Part shown: positions 56,849 to 64,000 of the stretch, piece after piece
Numbering within the stretch: position 1 is the first letter of the stretch
How the letters are laid out: each line of letters starts with the position of its first letter
Assembly (NCBI RefSeq): GCF_009914755.1
Contig: NC_060935.1
Origin: the human T2T-CHM13v2.0 reference genome, Homo sapiens
Reading direction: 5' to 3' (one strand)
DNA length: 64,000 nt
Made by a program: the position numbers and the translations under genes
Notes under the pieces: generated by a model
What the model was told of the DNA's origin: nothing
The model's input: only the letters and a program-made list of their open reading frames with translations
Databases searched by the model: none

Positions 56849-58760
56849 CTTTTAAATGATAAAAGTAATAAAGCAAAAATATTCAATAATCAAATGAAGA
56901 AAAATTCTTTTACATGCTTAAATAAATAGAAATCACAATTATAATTGTCCTGAGGTTTTAAATCCATTTAGAAATAAAGTAGATTAATTTAAAAATATAT
57001 TTTAAAATGAATTAATTTTCTGCTGAAAAATATTAATTTGGATTTCTTTTGCACTTTCTTTATGTCTGGCTTATTTCCTAGTACATTCTAAATTTGTACC
57101 AGCCCCTCTATGACTAATAGAATTGTCATAAAAGATAGCCATGCTTTTATTTAATTCCAACAGTAATTCAGTTTGATGTATTTGTTCATTCATTTATTCT
57201 TTCATTAATTTATGTAATATATCTTAATTGAAAACCTACCATGTGTCAGACACTGTTCTAAGTACTCAGGATACAAATAACAGTAACCAAAATAACTACA
57301 TTTAATAACTCTCTTTTTTTCTGTTCTATAAATTATTTGAAGCATTTTATCTCATTTGATTCTTGTATTTATGATGAGCCTGGTTGTTATTCTAATCTTG
57401 GGTAACGAATCTGAGTCCTAGAGAATTCAAGTAATGTTCATAAAGTACCACAGCTGATAAATGAAAAACCTAGGATTCAAATCCATGTCTGAAACCAACG
57501 TGTAACCTCTTTTCTTCACGTTGTGTTACCATAAACCCCAGTTTTCAGTTTACATTTATTGCCCTATTTTATGGAAATATAATACCCTATTACTCTTCAA
57601 AGTATCCTGGTGTGGAAGATAAAATATGTGGCCATTTTACTCATGCTTTGTAGCTTCACATGGTCACTGCTCACAGGATAGGGAAAGTTCAACCATGTCC
57701 AGAGGTATTTTCAAGGGTAATCAAACATAAAGGTAACATTGAAAGACCAGTAAATCTTCCTTGTTCATTGTTATCCTATGTAGTAGAGGAGTCTCAACAG
57801 AAAAGAGCACTTTAGGAAAAACAAAAAACAAGCAGGAAGTTGGAGTAGTGATACGTAAAGAAATTCAGTAACAGCCAAGAAATGTCAACAAAGAACCCAA
57901 TTGTGCTAATTTGCTGCCAAGAAGACACACAACTGTACTTCATAATGTTAAATTATGTATGACTTTCCCAAGCTTATTTATTTACTGGATTATGCAAGAG
58001 TACCCAGATGGCCAGCCAAGGTCATATAGATAAGTGGCATAGTACAGAATGTTGACTGAAAAGAGCAATATCACTGCTAAATAAGAATAATCAGTCCCTG
58101 AACATCACACTCATTTGTGAGCCTACATATAGATCAAGAATGAAATGCTGTGAGAGTTTATTTTGTGGCTACAGACATCAGCCATGGTGGGCCTCTTTGT
58201 CAGATTATAAATTTGGAAAGTTACTTCATATTTTACTTGACTGACCACTAGTTATTATCTGATTTATGTCCCATAGTTGTCCTAAATAAATGAATAAAAA
58301 AAGAAATGGGAGAGAAGAAGAGAGAAAAGAAGAATTGTAAGACAGTTTCTACCGCAAAGATATAGACAAACCAGATTTCACATCTTCTGTCTTAGTAGTT
58401 ATGGCACATGTGGAAAATGTTTAATAACAGCATCGATTGTCAGTTTTCTCATCTGTAAAGTGGGAGCATATCATTTTTTAGAACTGTTGGGGGGATGGTA
58501 GGTGCATATATGAAAAAATAAAATAACTTTCAAAATAAGTCAACAATACAATGAATTCCTATACAATTTAATGTTACTTGGGTTGGATACTTTTAAGTAT
58601 TATGTCCAATGCAAAGCAAATAATCCTGTGCTCTACCCCAAGATCAGCCCATTTCTGGAGGACTGATACTGACACTTGCCAGCAGATAATAAGTGAATAT
58701 TACCAGTCAGGGACTCCTTTGGGGGATAGCGAAGGCCCTGGAATCCATGACATATCCTTT

Positions 58761-58769
<9 letters not shown>

Positions 58770-58809
<40 letters not shown>
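58770..58809. repeat. pure A40 tract
   Basis: Read directly; no adjacent Alu or L1 body recognised. Confidence 0.95.
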
Positions 58810-58811
<2 letters not shown>

Positions 58812-59628
58812 TGGATATTTAGGTTTTATCTGGAAAAACATGGGAGAACCTATCTATCTTTAAATACTCAAAAGGCTTTCACAATCAATCAGCATAAGTA
58901 AATCAATCAAATAGTAAATGTCCTGGGAGTTACGTTTGGTGTAACAATTATAACAGTCCATAATTTGTAGATTTAAGGGCATGCTTTAAGTGGCTGGGTA
59001 ACCATTTACAAGGGCATGAGAGAAACTAGCAAACATTTTTAAAAAGTTGAAATTCTTGAATTCTAAGAATTCTTCCAACTCTTACATGTTTCTTCGTGCC
59101 CAGTAGTTTACAGTGAAGCAATATATTTGAAATGTCATGCATTCACTAGAAGTTTATGCAAAAAATGAAATAGAAACAAAATTGTGGAGGACAAAGATGT
59201 AAAAAATAAGATGGAAAATATACATTGCAGAAACAAATCAGCAAAAATTACTAACAAAATAATTTAAGAAACATTTTAGGACTTAAGAACATGACTTTCT
59301 AGATTGAAAGGGCTCACAAAACGATGAAAAAATATGAAAACATAAAATCATACTAAAGCAAACATACCATTGTGGATGTTCCTAACACTGAGAATAATGT
59401 GAAAAACCTAACGCCTTTCAGAGGATGGGAGCAAAAAGGCCACATACTAAGGTGTCAAGAAGCAAAATTGCTTTGGACTTCTCTTTTCTAATTTTTGGAG
59501 TTTGAAGTAGTTTGGTTTCTTAGAATATCAGAATGTATTTTCTGCTAGTCTTGTAAAGTAGAAAAAGTAAAAACACTTTTATATTCCAAATTCTTTTAAT
59601 TTTTTGAGCATAAATATGTTTTTTAATC

Positions 59629-61611
59629 CAGGGTTGGCAAAATAAAGCCTGCAGGACAAATCTAGCTCTTTGCCTAGTTTAATAATGACCTGTGACCTAG
59701 TAGTTTTGACATACTAATGACAATTTAAATAGCTGAAAATATCAAAAGAAGAATAATATTTTATGACACATAAATATTATATTAAAATTCAATTTCAGTA
59801 TGCATAATGTATTATTGGAAAATGATATGTTTATTCATTAATGTATTGCCTATAACTGCTTTTGCAACGCAATGAAAGAGTAATTGCAACAGAGATGATA
59901 TATGGCAAAGTAGTAGCAGACTACAATCACAATACTACAGTAATAATTGAATAGCATTTCCAGTATTGTCTTGCCACAGCATTTTAGTTATGTTTGTTTA
60001 GTGTTTCTTATCTTATTTTGCACGTGCATACCAATCATGACAAAATAAGATTAGAAAAGTGGACTTTGAATAATGTGATCATTAGCCACAGTACACTATA
60101 GCTTGTTTTGTTACTGAATTTGATAGCACAGCATGGACATTGTTATGGGGTAACACTAAAGGCATGCTAAAATAATGCATCATACATGAATACTACCTGA
60201 CAAAGCACTTGTCGGATATTCCCAACTCCCAAGAAAACGATGGTCAGAAACATTAGAAAACTTAAAATGTTTTTATCAGAGAAGAATTTCTTCTTAAAAA
60301 TTAAAAAGTCAAAATGTGCCTGCTAGTAAAGTAATCTTTTGTGTAGCTCAGTTGTTAGTTGAGCAAAGAAAATCATTTGCTGATAGTGAGGTAATAAATT
60401 GTGTTTGGTAGCAGCTGCTGAAGAAATGTGAACAAAGAAATACACTTTTAAAAAGGTTGGCCTTTTGCTGAGAGGAGCATATAAAATAATGTAATTGACA
60501 TTCATAGTGAATTTTTTAAAACTCAAATGATTTTTATGGCTTCCCTTGTCTTTTGAAAGGACTGATATTACTAGGTTATTGTTTATTCAGAGAGTCAACA
60601 ATAAGTCACTGAGAATTCACCTCCATGAAGTACTTTGTGGAAAACTATGACTCCACCATGTGTTATTGAACTAATAGTGACAGTAGTACACTTTATTTGC
60701 TCTTGTATATTCTCTCACGTTCTCACTCATTGTGAAATCATTATATATATAATGTGTGTATGTGCTTAATGTGAAATACCAACAATCGATATTTGAATTA
60801 CAAGAAATGTTAATTTGTCTTGTATAACTGCCAGGATGTCAAAAGTTAAATCAAGTAGAGACACCTTCATTCTCACACAGACTTGCAGCAGAAAATTTTC
60901 TGAGCCCAAATTAGAGTTCCAGCAGCATTACTTGGATTTCGAATCAACTGCCAGGGAAATTTTTGTTTTTCAAAATCTATTTAACAGAAAAATTTGGATA
61001 TTTCTACCAAATCTTCAATTAGAAGTAATTATCTCAAAGAAATGACAAGCAATGAGTTAAATATTAATCCATAAGAAGCACATAAATGTCTTCAAATTAA
61101 TGAATGTGCTCAATTAAAATCATATGCTTGTGGATTGACATAATAGTACCTATATGTGTGAAAACACACTTTTTTTTTTTTTTTTTTGAGACGGAGTCTT
61201 GGTCTGTTGCCCAGGCTGGAGTGCAGTGCCGCGATCTCGGCTCACTGCAAGCTCCACCTCCACGCCATTCTCCTGCCTCAGCCTCCGGAGTAGCTGGGAC
61301 TACAGGTGCCCACGACCACGCCCGCCTAATTTTTTTGTATTTTTAGTAGAGATGGGGTTTCACCATGTTAGCCAGGATGGTCTCGATCTCCTGACCTCAT
61401 GATCTGCCCACCTTGGCCTCCCAAAGAGCTGGGATTACAGGTGTGAGCCACTGTGCCTGGCTGAAAACACACTTTTAAATATGAGGTATTACACAATGTT
61501 ATTAAAAATCACCATTAACAGATGAACATATGTAACTGATTTTGATAAAAGGGAATACTGACTTTGGATCCCAATTAAGCAAAATCTTATCCCTCCCCAA
61601 AGGAATTATAT
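59629..61611 (+). mobile_element. Cheshire/MER58-type hAT-Charlie transposon with degraded transposase
   Basis: MER58-like terminus CAGGGTTGGCAAA..ATATCAAAAGAAGAATAATATTTTATGACAC, then transposase-like remnants (AGAAAAGTGGACTTTGAA, GCAGCTGCTGAAGAAATGTG, CCAAATCTTCAATTAGAAGTAATT). Interrupted by AluY; cut on the right by an L1. Confidence 0.72.
61170..61461 (-). mobile_element. AluY
   Basis: Antisense dimer; TSD TGAAAACACACTTTT (61159-61173, 61462-61476). Confidence 0.95.
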
Positions 61612-64000
61612 TATTCTTTTTTAACTTTTAAGTTCAGGGGTACATGCACAGGTTTTTTACATAGGTAAACTTGGTTGTGGGAGTTTGTTGTACAAATTAT
61701 TTCATCATCCAGGTATTAAGCATAGTACCTACTAGTTATTTTTTCTGATCCTTTCTCTCCTCCCACCCTTCACCCTCCTATAGGTCCCAATGTGTGTTGT
61801 TTCCCTCTGTGTGTACATGTGTTCTCATCATTTAGTTCCCACTTATAAGTGAGAACACACAGTATTTCATTTTCTCTTCCTGCATTAGTTTGCTAAGGAT
61901 AATGGCTTCCAGTTTCATCCATGTTCCTGCAGAAGACATGATCTTCTTTTTTAAGGCTGTGTAGTATTCCATGGTGTATATTATGTATCATGTTTTCTTT
62001 ACCCAGTCTATCATTGATGGGCATTTAGGTTGATGTGATGTCTTTGCTACTGTGAATAATGTTGTAATTAAGATACTTATGCATGTATCTTTATAATACA
62101 ATAATTTACATTACTTTGGGTATATGCCCAGTAATGGGATTGCTGAGTTGAATGGTGTTTTTGTCTTTAGGTCTATGAGGAATCATCACACCATCTTCCA
62201 CAATGGTTAAACTAATTTACACTCCAGTCAACAGTGTATAAGCATCCGTTTCTTTCCACAACCTCAACAGCATCTGTTATTTTTTGATTCTTCAATAATA
62301 GCCATTTTGACTTGTGTGAGATGGTATCTCCTTGTGGTTTTGATTTGCATTTCTCTAATGATCAATGATGTTGAGCTTTTCTCATATGCTTGTTGGCTGT
62401 ATGTATGCCTTCTTATGAAAAGTGTCTGTTCATGTCCTTTGCCAACTTTTTAATGAGGTTGTTTGTTTTTATCTTGTAAATTTGTTTAATTTCCTTATAG
62501 ATGCTGGATATTAGATCTTTGTTAGATGCACAGTTTGCAAATATATTCTTCTATTCTTTAGGTTGTTCATTTGTGATAGTTTCTTTTGTTTATGCACACA
62601 CTCTTTAGTTTAATTAAATGTCATTTGTCAATTTTTGCTTACATTGTAATTGCTTTTGGCATCATCATCATGACATCTTTGCCTGTGTCTATGTCCTGAA
62701 TGGTATTGCTTAGATTTTCTTCTAGGGTTTTTGTAGTTTTGGGTGTTACATTTAAGTTATTAATCCATCTTGAATTCGTTTTTGCATATAGTATAAGAAA
62801 GTTGTCCAGTTTTAATCTTCTGCATATGGCTTGCCAGTTATCCCAGCACCATTTATTAAGGAGTTATTTCCCTATTGCTTATTTCTGTCAGGTTTGTTGA
62901 AGATCAGATAGTTGTAGGTATGCTATATTCTTTCTAGGTTTTCTATTCTGTTCCATTGGTCTACATGTCTGTTTTTATACCAGTACCATGTTGTTTTGGT
63001 TACTGTAGCCTTGTAGTATAATTTGAAGTTAGGTAGTGTGATGCCTTCAGCTTTATTATTTTTATTTAGGATTGCCGTGGCTATTCAAGCTCTTTTTCAG
63101 TTCCATACAAAACTAGAAAAATAACATTTTCTAGTTCTGTGAAGAATGCCAATGGAAGTTTAATAGGAATAGCATTTAATCTATGAATTGCTTTGGGGAG
63201 TATGGCCATTTTATGAATATTGATTCTTCCTATCCATGAGCATGAAATCGTTTTCCAATTGTTTTTGTCATTTCTGATTTCTTTGGGCAGTGGTTTATAG
63301 TCCTCCTTATAGAGATCTTTGACCTCCCTAGTTAGCTGTATTCCTAGGTATTTTGTGCTTTTTGTGGCAGTGGTGAATGGGAGTTTGTTCCTGATTTGGA
63401 TGTCAGCTTGATTGTTAGGATATGAAAATGCTAGTGATTTCTGCACATTGATTTTGTATCCTGAGACTGCTGAAATTTTTTTTACCAGGTTAAGAAGCTT
63501 TTGGGCTGAGGCTATGGGATTTCTAGATAAAGGATTATGTCATTTGCAAACAGGGATACTTTGACTTCTTCTCTATTTGGATGCCCTTTACTTATTTCTC
63601 TTGCCTGATTTCCCTGGCCAGGACTTCCAATACTATGTTGAACAGAAGTGGTGAGAGAAGGCATTATTGTCTGGTGCTGGTTTTTGAGAGGAATGCTTCC
63701 AGCTTTTGCCTATTCAGTATGTTGTTGACTGTGGGTCTGTCATAATAGCTCTTATTATTTTGAGGTATGTTCCTTCAGTATGTACTTTACTGAGAATTTT
63801 TAACATAAATGAGTGTTGAATTTTATGGAAAACCTTTTCTGCATCTGTTGAGATAATCGTGTAGTTTTTGTCTTTGGTTCTGTTAATGTAATGAAACACA
63901 TTTATTAGTTGCATATGTTGAACCAACCTTGCATCCTGGGGATACAGCCTGCTTGATCGTGGGGGATAAGGTTTTTGATGTGCTGATTGATTCTGTTTGC
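61612..64000 (-). mobile_element. L1PA13-like element (3'UTR and ORF2 3' half), running off the window
   Basis: ACTTTTAAGTTCAGGGGTACATG..TATTTCATCATCCAGGTATTAAGC; ORF2 RT-region fragments ([32 protein letters not shown]) with stops and frameshifts. Confidence 0.92.

Noticed and set aside
62700-63926. ORFs within the terminal L1
   Set aside because: Broken ORF2 pieces or antisense frames of an old L1PA; non-functional.

Overview
AT-rich, CpG-depleted primate (most likely human) intronic or intergenic DNA, dominated by interspersed repeats. These include L1 (L1PA and old L1M), about 15 Alus, L2/MIR/CR1 remnants, solo LTRs (MLT2A, LTR5A, LTR18B, MER11, LTR16, MaLR), an old ERV-L pol/dUTPase remnant, and DNA transposons (Ricksha, MER44, MER1, MADE1, Charlie4a, Cheshire). 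I recognise no host protein-coding exon, RNA gene or CpG island, and almost all listed ORFs are repeat-derived or chance. I found no convincing new multi-gene system. The best signals are structural: (1) an inverted L1PA2/3 insertion that puts the L1 antisense promoter and ORF0 start in front of a 292-codon ORF2 fragment; (2) an LTR5A/MER1A deletion patched with a fold-back L1 fragment; (3) a 110-bp local templated duplication inside an L1MA; (4) smaller fold-back scars; (5) an intact MLT2A LTR with a possible downstream non-coding exon. Subfamily names come from recalled consensus sequences and need RepeatMasker/Dfam confirmation. Boundaries of old elements are approximate.
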